From NCBI RefSeq assembly GCF_001462395.1, contig NZ_LNTB01000001.1:30001-62000 (forward strand): 32,000 bases of DNA. Reading direction: 5' to 3'. Of this stretch, positions 16,579-24,736 are shown piece after piece (positions within the stretch are counted from its first letter, which is position 1; each line of letters opens with the position of its first letter). Origin of the DNA: Pyrodictium occultum (GTDB lineage: Archaea; Thermoproteota; Thermoprotei_A; Sulfolobales; Pyrodictiaceae). Under the pieces are notes generated by a model, which made no database searches, had not been told where the DNA came from, and worked only from the letters and a program-made list of their open reading frames with translations. The translations under genes were made by a program, and so were the position numbers.

Positions 16579-16630
16579 AGGGGTTCTACGGGTTTTGGCT
16601 GCGATTGCGGGCTGAACTAGGCCAGACAAG

Positions 16631-16639
16631 CTATTAAAG
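16631..16639 (+). promoter_or_regulatory. TATA box for the ferredoxin gene
   Basis: CTATTAAAG lies 38-46 nt upstream of the GTG at 16677. Confidence 0.45.
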
Positions 16640-16676
16640 CTCCCCTTGCGGCACTCCTTGCTGCCGGTGAAGAGCT

Positions 16677-16925
16677 GTGGCGGAGAAGAAGATACACGTC
16701 TGGATAGACCGCGAGCAGTGCATAGCTGACATGGTATGCGTGAGCCTCTGCCCCGATGTGTTCGAGATGAGCGAGGAGGACGGCAAGTCTCAGATAGTGG
16801 CTAAGTGGCGTATAGACAACGATCCCGCCCATGGCCTCGTCCCTGAGGACCTCAAGGACTGTGTCAACGCTGCTACTGAGGCCTGCCCGGTTAGCATCAT
16901 ACACTGGGAGGAGAAGGAGGTCTAA
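16677..16925 (+). CDS. Single-cluster [4Fe-4S] ferredoxin (Pyrococcus furiosus type, Asp in the cluster motif)
   Basis: 82-aa ORF. CIADMVCVSLCPDVFEM...DCVNAATEACPVS closely follows the remembered P. furiosus ferredoxin sequence CIGDAICASLCPDVFEM...AMEACPVS. Confidence 0.8.
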   Translation: MAEKKIHVWIDREQCIADMVCVSLCPDVFEMSEEDGKSQIVAKWRIDNDPAHGLVPEDLKDCVNAATEACPVSIIHWEEKEV

Positions 16926-16938
16926 GAGCCCGGGGCCC

Positions 16939-17688
16939 TTAGGCCCTTTTCTCCTCCTTCTTCTCCGCCCTGTTTTCGCTTGAGGGCTTCCACTCGGTGT
17001 TGAAGATCTCGTATATCTCCTTTGCGCGTTTCTCGCCTACACCCTCCACCGTCATTAGCTCTCTTATGCTGGCGTTCGCTATCCTGCGCAGTGTCCCGAA
17101 CCTCTCCAGGAGGCGGCGCGCTAGCACTGGGCCGGCCAGCCCCTCCGCGACGTAGAGAATCCTCTCCTGTATAGTCGGGGGCTTCTTCTCGACCCTTAGC
17201 CTCACGATGCGCTTCTCCTCGGTCTTGCCGAGGCTCTTAGCCTTGGCTGCGAGCCATACTATTGTGGCTCTCTTGCTATGGGCGGGTATGACGGGTATAC
17301 CCCAGTCTAGGACTATCTCGTCCAGTATCCTCAGTATTGCCGCTATGTTCCATCTAGTCCTCTTCTCTATGACTCCTAGCCAGCCCTCGAGCAGGATTAC
17401 TGGGCGCACGCCCTCCTTCTCCGCCGCCTGCCGCAGCAGCTTCGCCTGCTCCCATATCCTGTTGTCGCGCACGCTGTTGGCGAAGTCGGTGACCGATTTC
17501 CTCTCTACCAGTAACGCCTTCCGGGGATTCCTCGCGAGGAGGTAGTAGTCGCCGGCCTCGAGGGCCTGGACCGCTACTCTCAGCCCCCTGCGCCTAAGCT
17601 CCTCCACGACGTCCCGGTTCTTCGAGGCTTCCCTGCTGTCCACGATTATGTCCACGGGGTAGAGGAGCTGCTCCGAGAGTATCCCCAA
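16939..17688 (-). CDS. xpf: Short crenarchaeal-type XPF/ERCC4 structure-specific endonuclease
   Basis: 249-aa ORF with a TTG start. ERCC4 nuclease motifs VDSRE and ERKSVTDF, plus a C-terminal tandem HhH (GLAGPVLARRLLERFGTLRRI...VEGVGEKRAKEI). No helicase domain. Confidence 0.85.
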   Translation of the reverse strand: MGILSEQLLYPVDIIVDSREASKNRDVVEELRRRGLRVAVQALEAGDYYLLARNPRKALLVERKSVTDFANSVRDNRIWEQAKLLRQAAEKEGVRPVILLEGWLGVIEKRTRWNIAAILRILDEIVLDWGIPVIPAHSKRATIVWLAAKAKSLGKTEEKRIVRLRVEKKPPTIQERILYVAEGLAGPVLARRLLERFGTLRRIANASIRELMTVEGVGEKRAKEIYEIFNTEWKPSSENRAEKKEEKRA

Positions 17689-17795
17689 GGCATCTGCCCT
17701 ATAGGCTAGACTTCCTCCTGCCCCCGGGGGTTCTCAAAGGCTCCGTCCCCACGGCTAAGAGGCTGCAGGAACTCCCATCCCGGGGGGCCCGGGGC

Positions 17796-18326
17796 ATGGG
17801 GCGCCAGGTTGTTGTTGCAGCCTATAGTGGCGAGCCTCCAGCTGGGCTTGTAGAGGCTGCAAGACGGCTCGTCGAGGGACTTGCAGGCTGTGAGCCCAGG
17901 CCTGCGGTGCTGCTTGGCGGCTACCGCGGCCTCATGAAGGTTGTAGCGGACTCCGCCGTTGAGGCTGGGCTCCAGCTAGCCTTCGTTATCCCGGGAGAGT
18001 ATGAGGAGGATCCCTATCCCAGAGGCTCCTTGGTCGTGAGGACCGGGCTTGGGCCGCGGGAGAGGAGCAGCGTTCTCGTGAGGAGCGGCGACGCCCTGGT
18101 CGTGCTGGGCGGAGGCGTGGGGACCCTGGCTGAGGTGCTTCTTGCCTGCAGCTACGGGGTTCCAGTCTTCTACCTTAGAGGCTACGGGCTGCCGAGTGAC
18201 AGGTTTGCCGAGTGCTTCGCCGAGGGCTCTATAGATCCCCGTGTGGGCAGGTGTATAGAGTACTTTGACTCCGTAGAAGAGCTGCTTGAGGCGCTCTGCC
18301 GGCGCCTGGGCCTCCGCCGGGGCTAG
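17796..18326 (+). CDS. LOG/TIGR00725-like Rossmann-fold protein (lysine-decarboxylase-like family)
   Basis: 176-aa ORF. GGYRGLM and GGGVGTLAEV match the LOG-family GGxxGxM and PGGxGTxxE motifs. Confidence 0.55.
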   Translation: MGRQVVVAAYSGEPPAGLVEAARRLVEGLAGCEPRPAVLLGGYRGLMKVVADSAVEAGLQLAFVIPGEYEEDPYPRGSLVVRTGLGPRERSSVLVRSGDALVVLGGGVGTLAEVLLACSYGVPVFYLRGYGLPSDRFAECFAEGSIDPRVGRCIEYFDSVEELLEALCRRLGLRRG

Positions 18327-18398
18327 GGGCTGGTGCAAACCCTATAGAGCGGCCCGCGGCGGGCTCCTAGAAGGCATGCATGGAGGTGCGGTTCAGGT

Positions 18399-19526
18399 AT
18401 GCGCCATTCTCTACTCAAGAAGCTAGCCAGTCTTGTCGAGGAGAAGGGGGGCTGCGGCGCTGTAGTGTCGAGCGAGGCCAATGTTTTCTACTTTACAGGG
18501 TTCCGTGGCCCAGGCCACCTGGTCTATGACAGGGATTCTGGCTCATACACGCTGCTCGTGCCGGCGCTCGAGTACCTGAGGGCTAAGCACGCGCTTGAGG
18601 AGGAGGGGCTTCTGGGGAGGATTGAGCTAGCCGCGTTCGCCCCCTACGGGCTCCCTGGAGGCCTAGAGCTCGATAGCCAGGGAGACTACAAGCTTGTCTA
18701 CGGGAGGCTCGGCGATATAATAGTGTCGATGCTTCCTAAGGGCTGCCGGCTACTCGTAGACACCGACTCGCTCGCCCTATACAAGAGGCTGGCTAGTACA
18801 TACAATGTCGAGGAGGCTGGGGACGTTATAGCTGATATGAGGGCTGTCAAGGAGCCGTGGGAGATAGAGAGGATGGAGGAGGCTGCGGCGATAGCTGAGG
18901 CAGCGCTCAACACAGCCCTGTACAGCATTGACGCCGGGGTCAGCGAGGCCGATATAGCAGCCATGATAGAGTATGAGATGAGGAGGAGAGGAGCCTCCGA
19001 CCACTCCTTCCCGCCTATAGTGGCCTTCGGCGAGAACACCGTATACCCGCACGCCGAGCCCTCGCCGCGCAGAGTCATGGGGTACGAGCCGCAGCCGGTG
19101 CTAATAGATCTCGGTGCTGTCTACAAGGGCTACTGCAGCGATATGACACGCACCGCTATGGAGGGCGCCAGGGAGGAGTTCCGCAGGGTAGCAGAGGCGG
19201 TCCACGAGGCCACCTACACTGCCATAGACGCCATAGAGCCTGGAGTAACCTCCCACGAGGTATATGAGGCTGCACGCCGGGTACTCGCATCCCATGGGCT
19301 GGACAAGTACTTCATCCACAGCCTCGGCCACGGCGTCGGGATAGAGATACATGAGAAGCCTCGCGTATCCTACAAGAGCGAGACAAAGCTACGCGAGGGC
19401 ATGGTGGTCACCGTAGAGCCTGGCGTCTACATACCAGGCAAGTTTGGTGTACGGATAGAGGAGATGGTTCTGGTAACACAGCGTGGTGCCAGGCTGCTGA
19501 CGAGGTATCCCTCCGTGCTATGGTAG
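18399..19526 (+). CDS. pepQ: M24-family Xaa-Pro dipeptidase/aminopeptidase
   Basis: 375-aa ORF. Creatinase-like N-domain plus a pita-bread domain with metal ligands in DLGAVYKGYCSDMTRT, HSLGHGVGIEIHE and VEPGVY...RIEE. Confidence 0.85.
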   Translation: MRHSLLKKLASLVEEKGGCGAVVSSEANVFYFTGFRGPGHLVYDRDSGSYTLLVPALEYLRAKHALEEEGLLGRIELAAFAPYGLPGGLELDSQGDYKLVYGRLGDIIVSMLPKGCRLLVDTDSLALYKRLASTYNVEEAGDVIADMRAVKEPWEIERMEEAAAIAEAALNTALYSIDAGVSEADIAAMIEYEMRRRGASDHSFPPIVAFGENTVYPHAEPSPRRVMGYEPQPVLIDLGAVYKGYCSDMTRTAMEGAREEFRRVAEAVHEATYTAIDAIEPGVTSHEVYEAARRVLASHGLDKYFIHSLGHGVGIEIHEKPRVSYKSETKLREGMVVTVEPGVYIPGKFGVRIEEMVLVTQRGARLLTRYPSVLW

Positions 19527-19564
19527 CGCTTGCCCGGAGGGCTCCTGGAAGCCGTCTTAGAGCG

Positions 19565-19573
19565 TTTTTAGAG
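19565..19573 (+). terminator. Oligo-T terminator candidate after pepQ (also TATA-like for the next gene)
   Basis: GTTTTTAGAG has T5 at 19565-19569, about 40 nt after the pepQ stop and about 58 nt before the ATG at 19628. Confidence 0.35.
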
Positions 19574-19627
19574 TAGAGCTCCCTGTACAATCTACCTACA
19601 GCACCCGGGGGAGGGATTGTATAGCCG

Positions 19628-20800
19628 ATGTACGGGGTCGCAGAGCTGCCCCTCCACGGCGGCCATGTGCCGGCGTGGCTTGCAAGGTACATGAAGAGGC
19701 TCGCCCACGCGATCCTGGCTGCTGTTGTAGAGTTGCACGGCCCTGATAGGGCTGTGAAGTGGTTCGCCGACCCCTTCTGGTTCCAAGCGTTCAACAATGC
19801 CATAGGCATGGACTGGGATAGCAGCGGCTCGACCACGGTAACAATAGGCATAGTGAAACAGGTTGCAAGGGAGGACCCAAGCCTAGGCATAGCGGTGGCC
19901 GGGGGCAAGGGGGAGAAGGCTAGGGAGGCGCCCCTCGAGATAGAAGAGGCTGCTGAGAGGCTCAACCTCTCCTCCCAGGCCCTGGAGGAGCTGAAGCTGG
20001 CGTCAAGGCTCTCGGCAAAAACCGACTCAGTGCTGCTCCAGGACGGCTACCAGCTCTACCACCACGCGGTGATAGTCTCTGCTACCGGGAGGTGGACCGT
20101 AGTGCAGCAGGGCATGAATACCGAGGCGCGGATGGCGCGCCGCTACCACTGGTCGAGGCCGCTGCCCCCGGTCCCGACGCTGGAGCCACATAACGCCATA
20201 GCCTCGGGGAGGAGGGAGAGCTTCGTTGTAGACCTAACCAGTAGGATGAGTATAGAGGCGCGTAATACCATAGTCGACCTGGCCAGGGAGGGGCCCAGGC
20301 GTGTACTGGATCAGATCAGGCAGGCCTACGCACTGGTCCGTGGGGTGGCGCCGCTAACCGCCTTCCAGGGCTCCCGGCCGCGCATCAGCCTGGAGGAGTT
20401 GAGGAGATACGCGAGGTATTATAGGCCCCAGAGCAGGCCTCCCCGCCACATAGAGAGGGTGCTCAACAAGGTCTACGAGGCCTCGCCAAGAAGCATAGAG
20501 GAGCTAGTCATGATAGAGGGTGTGGGCCCTGCCACGCTGCGGAGCCTTGCGCTCGTCGCAGAGATTGTGTACGGGGTGCCGGTAAGCCACAGGGACCCGG
20601 CAAATAGCCCGATAGACCCATTCCGGTACGCGTATGTGGCGGGAGGCAAAGACGGTGTCCCCTACCCCTTCCGGAGAGACCACGCGGAGAAGGTCATAGA
20701 GTTCCTCGAGAAGGTTGTGGAGGAGGCTAGGATCGATGAGAAGGCTAGAAGGAGGGTGCTCGAGCGGATTAGGAGGCTGGCGAGCCTCCTGCCGCGTTAA
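19628..20800 (+). CDS. DUF763-family protein with a helix-hairpin-helix motif
   Basis: 390-aa ORF. The N-terminus (ELPLHGGHVPAWLARYMKRLA) and the DWDSSGSTT motif match my memory of DUF763. An HhH-like segment, IEGVGPATLRSLALVAEIV, sits near the C-terminus. Confidence 0.55.
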   Translation: MYGVAELPLHGGHVPAWLARYMKRLAHAILAAVVELHGPDRAVKWFADPFWFQAFNNAIGMDWDSSGSTTVTIGIVKQVAREDPSLGIAVAGGKGEKAREAPLEIEEAAERLNLSSQALEELKLASRLSAKTDSVLLQDGYQLYHHAVIVSATGRWTVVQQGMNTEARMARRYHWSRPLPPVPTLEPHNAIASGRRESFVVDLTSRMSIEARNTIVDLAREGPRRVLDQIRQAYALVRGVAPLTAFQGSRPRISLEELRRYARYYRPQSRPPRHIERVLNKVYEASPRSIEELVMIEGVGPATLRSLALVAEIVYGVPVSHRDPANSPIDPFRYAYVAGGKDGVPYPFRRDHAEKVIEFLEKVVEEARIDEKARRRVLERIRRLASLLPR

Positions 20801-20821
20801 AGGAGCGGGGCCCTCCGGGGT

Positions 20822-21220
20822 TTAGCTCCCCCGCTTCTCCAGCAGGACCGCGTTTACTACACCGTCCTGGCCGGGGCGGGAGGTCACTACAGCCTTGCCG
20901 AGCTCCGTCTCTATTATAGTGCCCTTCGTTATTATGTTTGCACGGGCGTAGTTCGGGTTGGCCGGTGTCTCGAGCACGCGTAGTATCTTAACTTTCCTGG
21001 TGGTCTTGGTCTCCGGGTCGACCACGTTGGCGTAGACAGCGCGCTTTAGCCTAACCTTGTAGTTGCCGCCGCGCACCCTTATCAGTTCGCGGACCTCCTC
21101 GCCGGCTAGCCTCGTGTAGGTAGGGTATCTACCCATCCAGTACTTTCTCTTCACCTTCTGGTGCGGCCACTTCCTTCCTCCAGTGGGCTTCTTGAAGTCG
21201 TTGCCCTGGTATACGCCCAT
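20822..21220 (-). CDS. rps8e: 30S ribosomal protein S8e (eS8)
   Basis: 132-aa ORF. N-terminal [14 protein letters not shown] and the central [11 protein letters not shown] motif. Confidence 0.9.
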   Translation of the reverse strand: MGVYQGNDFKKPTGGRKWPHQKVKRKYWMGRYPTYTRLAGEEVRELIRVRGGNYKVRLKRAVYANVVDPETKTTRKVKILRVLETPANPNYARANIITKGTIIETELGKAVVTSRPGQDGVVNAVLLEKRGS

Positions 21221-21260
21221 CCAGCTCCCCCGTGGAGGGGCTGCGGCCTCGCCTACCCGG

Positions 21261-21854
21261 CTATAAGCTCTGTCCCCCCTTCTCCAGCTTCACGAGGACC
21301 TCCCTTACGCGCGGCGCCTGCGTGTAGAGGCTCGGGTTGAGCCTGGGCACTAGCGCCATTACTACCGCGTTGTAGGTTAGATCGGTGCGCGTTACATGGC
21401 CCCCGGTGAGGTAGCCTATAAGGCCCAGCCTCTCGCCTATGTCGGCACGTCTTGTGATCCTTGATGCTATGTCTCCGAGTTCGATCCTCTCTCTGAGCTT
21501 GCTCATCCAGTCTCTCGGTACCGGGAATGCCTGGCTCAGCCCTATTGTGACTCTCTCCTCCCTGTCAACTATAGCTGCCGCCTGCAGCTCTAGCGGCTCT
21601 ATTGTTGTCTCTATGACTCCTGCCTCGACGCCCACGCCGTAGTCGGCGTTAAGCTTCCTCAGCGCGTTCACTGCCCGGTTGACCGCCCCTAGGACTATCT
21701 CGCGCAGGCCCAGCGGCTGGCTAGGGATACCGCTCTCCACCTCCACGCCGTGCACATCCGCTAGGCAGAGGAGGCGTATGGCGCGTCTCACAGCGTTCAC
21801 CTTTACAGGGTTGGAGGAGCCCACCGCCACCAGGCAGGCGCCCTGCCCTACCAT
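21261..21854 (-). CDS. Inosine/xanthosine triphosphatase (YjjX/DUF84 NTPase family)
   Basis: 197-aa [20 protein letters not shown] at the N-terminus and a G.EAG... core are typical of the DUF84/YjjX family. Confidence 0.65.
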   Translation of the reverse strand: MVGQGACLVAVGSSNPVKVNAVRRAIRLLCLADVHGVEVESGIPSQPLGLREIVLGAVNRAVNALRKLNADYGVGVEAGVIETTIEPLELQAAAIVDREERVTIGLSQAFPVPRDWMSKLRERIELGDIASRITRRADIGERLGLIGYLTGGHVTRTDLTYNAVVMALVPRLNPSLYTQAPRVREVLVKLEKGGQSL

Positions 21855-21911
21855 GGCTCCCAGTACCCCGGTGCTGCCAGCTGCCTGGCAGCTGAGTATT
21901 GTATGCTACCG

Positions 21912-23267
21912 CTAGGCTCCTATGGACGGGCGTTTGCGGAGGAGGGCGTAGAAGAATCCGGCGGTGTCATGGCGGTGGGGCCAGGCTCTCATGGTGCCCG
22001 GGAGGAGCGGGGAGGGGTCGTAGGGCCCGTCTAGCGGCACCAGCTCCACATCCCTCCTGCGTTCGAGCAACCATATTATATTATGCTCGCCCTCATCCGG
22101 CAGTACACTGCACACCGTGTAGAGGAGGAGGCCGCCCGGCCGGAGAGCCTCTACAGCCTGGAGGAGCATAGCGCGCTGCCGCTCCACCTGCCTCTGTATG
22201 CCCTCCTCTGTGAGCCTCCACCGAGCCTCGGGATGCTTGGCGAGCGCACCGGTGCTCGTGCAGGGTGGGTCCAGCAGTACGCGGTCAGCATGGCCGCGGA
22301 GTAGGTAGGTTACACGTGTAGCGTCGCCCACCACAGGCTCTATCGAGGCTATAGTCCCGGTCCGCTTGGCGAGCTCGACCAGTCTATCCATCCTGTCAGT
22401 GAACACCTCCACCGCAATTATCCTAGCCATATTGCCGGAGAGCTCTGCTAGGTGCGTGGCCTTCCCTCCCGGCGCCGCGCACATGTCCACAATAAGCTCG
22501 CCGGGCTCTGCCCCGAGCAGCCAGCCGGCAGCGGCGCTGGCCTCGTCCTGGGGCACCACCTCCCCCTTCGCGAGGGGCTCGAAGCGCCTATAGTCGAGCT
22601 GGCCGCGGTACCGGACATGGTAGGGTACCCGGCTGCTTGCCCACGCCTCTACGCCAGCCTCCCGGAGGCTCCGCAGCACCCGGTCTACGCTGGACTTCAG
22701 CCTGTTCACCCGGAAGCCCAGCGTCGGCCTCCGGGTGTTCACCGCCTCTGCGAAGCGCTCAAGCTCCTCGCTGCCTAGTAGCCGTTGAAGCCTCTCTATG
22801 AGGAGGCCTGGAAGGAGGTATCGCAGCTCGAGTTCCTCCACCCTGCTCCGCGGGCTCCAGGGCTCCCTTAGGAGGCTTCTGTAGAGCTTCCCTATCATCC
22901 CTGCTCTGTCGCCGAAGCGCTGCCGGAGGAGCCTACTGAGCCCATCTACTATGGCCCTGGCCAGCTCCTCATCCCCTGTCTCGTCGAAGGCCGCTAGCAC
23001 CACCGCGAGCCGGGCCCCCTGGCGGAGGCCCGCCGGGAGTCGGCGGGGCTCGACACCGAGCCTCTCCCGCGCTATCCTATCCAATATACCCTGGAGCCTG
23101 TACATCTTGTAGAGGAGGGCGGTGAACACGCGATCATAGCTTGTCCCCAGGATGCCGTACTTGGAGAACACCCTCCTCTTCACCACCTGGAAGGGCTTTA
23201 CCCTCTCAGACTCCTCAAGGACCTCAACCAGGGCCTTAACATGCCTCTTCGCTATTCTCAGCGCCAT
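21912..23267 (-). CDS. NOL1/NOP2/Sun-family RNA cytosine-C5 methyltransferase
   Basis: 451-aa ORF. SAM motif DMCAAPGGKAT, the catalytic cysteine motifs DPPCTSTG and TCS, and a NusB-like N-terminal domain. Confidence 0.85.
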   Translation of the reverse strand: MALRIAKRHVKALVEVLEESERVKPFQVVKRRVFSKYGILGTSYDRVFTALLYKMYRLQGILDRIARERLGVEPRRLPAGLRQGARLAVVLAAFDETGDEELARAIVDGLSRLLRQRFGDRAGMIGKLYRSLLREPWSPRSRVEELELRYLLPGLLIERLQRLLGSEELERFAEAVNTRRPTLGFRVNRLKSSVDRVLRSLREAGVEAWASSRVPYHVRYRGQLDYRRFEPLAKGEVVPQDEASAAAGWLLGAEPGELIVDMCAAPGGKATHLAELSGNMARIIAVEVFTDRMDRLVELAKRTGTIASIEPVVGDATRVTYLLRGHADRVLLDPPCTSTGALAKHPEARWRLTEEGIQRQVERQRAMLLQAVEALRPGGLLLYTVCSVLPDEGEHNIIWLLERRRDVELVPLDGPYDPSPLLPGTMRAWPHRHDTAGFFYALLRKRPSIGA

Positions 23268-23272
23268 ACCCT

Positions 23273-24238
23273 CTACACGCTCCTCATAGACTCCTCGACA
23301 GACTTGACCATCAGGTATAGGGAGTCTATGTAGGGGGTATAGAGGTCGCGCCTAAGCGCCTGGCCCAGCAGGTAGCCGAGCATATAGTCTGCCTCCGTCT
23401 CCCTCCTCTCGCTCACGTCCTGAAGCATCCTGGGCACACAGCCCTTCACTTCCGCGAGCTCCTCGAGTGCCTCCCGGGGGCTCCTCCACAGCTCTGTACC
23501 TGTCTCCTCCGCCACACGGCCTGCCTCCTCAGCGACGCGTAGCGCGAGCTCACGGGCGTGTTTAAGCCTCCAGACTCTGGAGTAGGGCAGGCCTAGCAGC
23601 GCCGAGAGGGGCTGGAGCGAGGCAGCCGCTATGCTGTAGTCCCAGAGAAGCTGGGTAACACGGCCCCCCACGCGCTCAATGGGGACGCCGGGCAGGGCCA
23701 TCATGTCCGCCAGGTGCTCTGCCCCAGGGCCCGCTGCTACGCGTACAGCCCCCTCACCCGGCCACTCGATCTCACCTGGGCCTATCTTTCTCACGCAAGT
23801 GTAGAGGGCTATGGCTCCGTAGACCTTCAAGCCCCGGGAGGAGGCTAGCTCGAGCACGTAGGGCGAGGGCTGGACGAAAACCACCCCGCCGCTAGGCTCT
23901 AACACCCTCTTGACCGCCTCGAGGGCGTGGTCTAAGTAGTTGAGCCTGGCAGCAACAATTACGTGCTGGAATCTCCTCCTTGCCGCCAGTATGTGGGCTA
24001 CTGAGGCGCGTGCCCGGGCCTCGCCGCCCTTATAGTGGACGCGTATCTCCCTCTGAAGCAGCGCTGCCGCGCTTTCAGAGCTGAGGCATAGGAGTACCGG
24101 TGTATAGCCGGCGTAGGCAACGCCTGCAGCCAGGAAGAGGCCCACAGGCCCGCAGCCCGCTACAGCAACCTCCTTGCCCAAGCCCCGGCGCCTGGATGCT
24201 GGGGTACTACCATGCCTCCTGCTTTTAACCAGAGCCAT
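23273..24238 (-). CDS. 2-dehydropantoate 2-reductase-like oxidoreductase (ApbA/PanE family)
   Basis: N-terminal Rossmann motif VAVAGCGPVG and a C-terminal LLWDYSIAAASLQPLSALLG region resembling the KPR W.K...N.. helix. The ATG at 24238 is preferred over the frame maximum at 24343, because the shared TATA box at 24266-24278 lies inside the longer version. Confidence 0.5.
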   Translation of the reverse strand: MALVKSRRHGSTPASRRRGLGKEVAVAGCGPVGLFLAAGVAYAGYTPVLLCLSSESAAALLQREIRVHYKGGEARARASVAHILAARRRFQHVIVAARLNYLDHALEAVKRVLEPSGGVVFVQPSPYVLELASSRGLKVYGAIALYTCVRKIGPGEIEWPGEGAVRVAAGPGAEHLADMMALPGVPIERVGGRVTQLLWDYSIAAASLQPLSALLGLPYSRVWRLKHARELALRVAEEAGRVAEETGTELWRSPREALEELAEVKGCVPRMLQDVSERRETEADYMLGYLLGQALRRDLYTPYIDSLYLMVKSVEESMRSV

Positions 24239-24265
24239 ATGCTCCATTCTATGGTACTTACCGCA

Positions 24266-24278
24266 ACATAATAGGAGC
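24266..24278. promoter_or_regulatory. Shared TATA element for the divergent KPR-like and gar1-tfb genes
   Basis: AACATAATAGGAG lies 36-45 nt upstream of the gar1 ATG (24314) and 28-40 nt upstream of the ATG at 24238 on the other strand. Confidence 0.4.
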
Positions 24279-24313
24279 CGGCCCCGCCACCCCCTGGAAC
24301 GAGGGCGCATCCT

Positions 24314-24736
24314 ATGCTGAAGAAGCTCGGCACAGTGCTCCATAGAACACCCAATGGATACATAGTAGCTAGGCTTGAGAAGGAGGACGACACGCTACCG
24401 CCGCTAAACACTATTGTCTACGACGAGAATGTGAACAGGGTGGGAGTACTCCTCGACGTTATAGGCTCCGTATCCTCCCCCTACGCCGTGGTAAAGCCGT
24501 CCTCGCCCAACGTGAAGGTAGAGGCCGGGACCCGGCTCTACTACCGGCCGCCGACGCCCCGCCGCGGCAAGGGCAGGGGTAAGCCTAGGCGGAAGCCCAG
24601 CGGGAGGAGGGCTGCCGCATCTCCACGGCAGAAGCCCCAGGCGAGGCCCGGGCGGGGGCAGAGGGGCAGGCAGCAGCGTGGCAGAGGGGGTGGCGGGGGC
24701 GGGAGGCCTCAGAGCAGGAGGGATAGAAGGAGATGA
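24314..24736 (+). CDS. gar1: H/ACA RNP subunit Gar1 with a C-terminal Arg/Gly-rich tail
   Basis: 140-aa ORF. Residues 1-78 (KLGTVLHRTPNGYIVARL...VYDENVNRVGVLLDVIGSVSSPYAVVKP) form the Gar1 beta-barrel core. Residues 79-140 are R/G/K/P-rich. The stop overlaps the tfb ATG (ATGA at 24733-24736). Confidence 0.8.
   Translation: MLKKLGTVLHRTPNGYIVARLEKEDDTLPPLNTIVYDENVNRVGVLLDVIGSVSSPYAVVKPSSPNVKVEAGTRLYYRPPTPRRGKGRGKPRRKPSGRRAAASPRQKPQARPGRGQRGRQQRGRGGGGGGRPQSRRDRRR

Noticed and set aside
24239-24343. 35-codon N-terminal extension of the KPR-like ORF. A similar case is 29767-29835 for metE
   Set aside because: Both extensions run across TATA-like boxes placed correctly for the shorter ORFs. They add Cys/Arg-rich sequence upstream of the recognisable N-terminal motifs (Rossmann GxGxxG; TTVVGSYPK).
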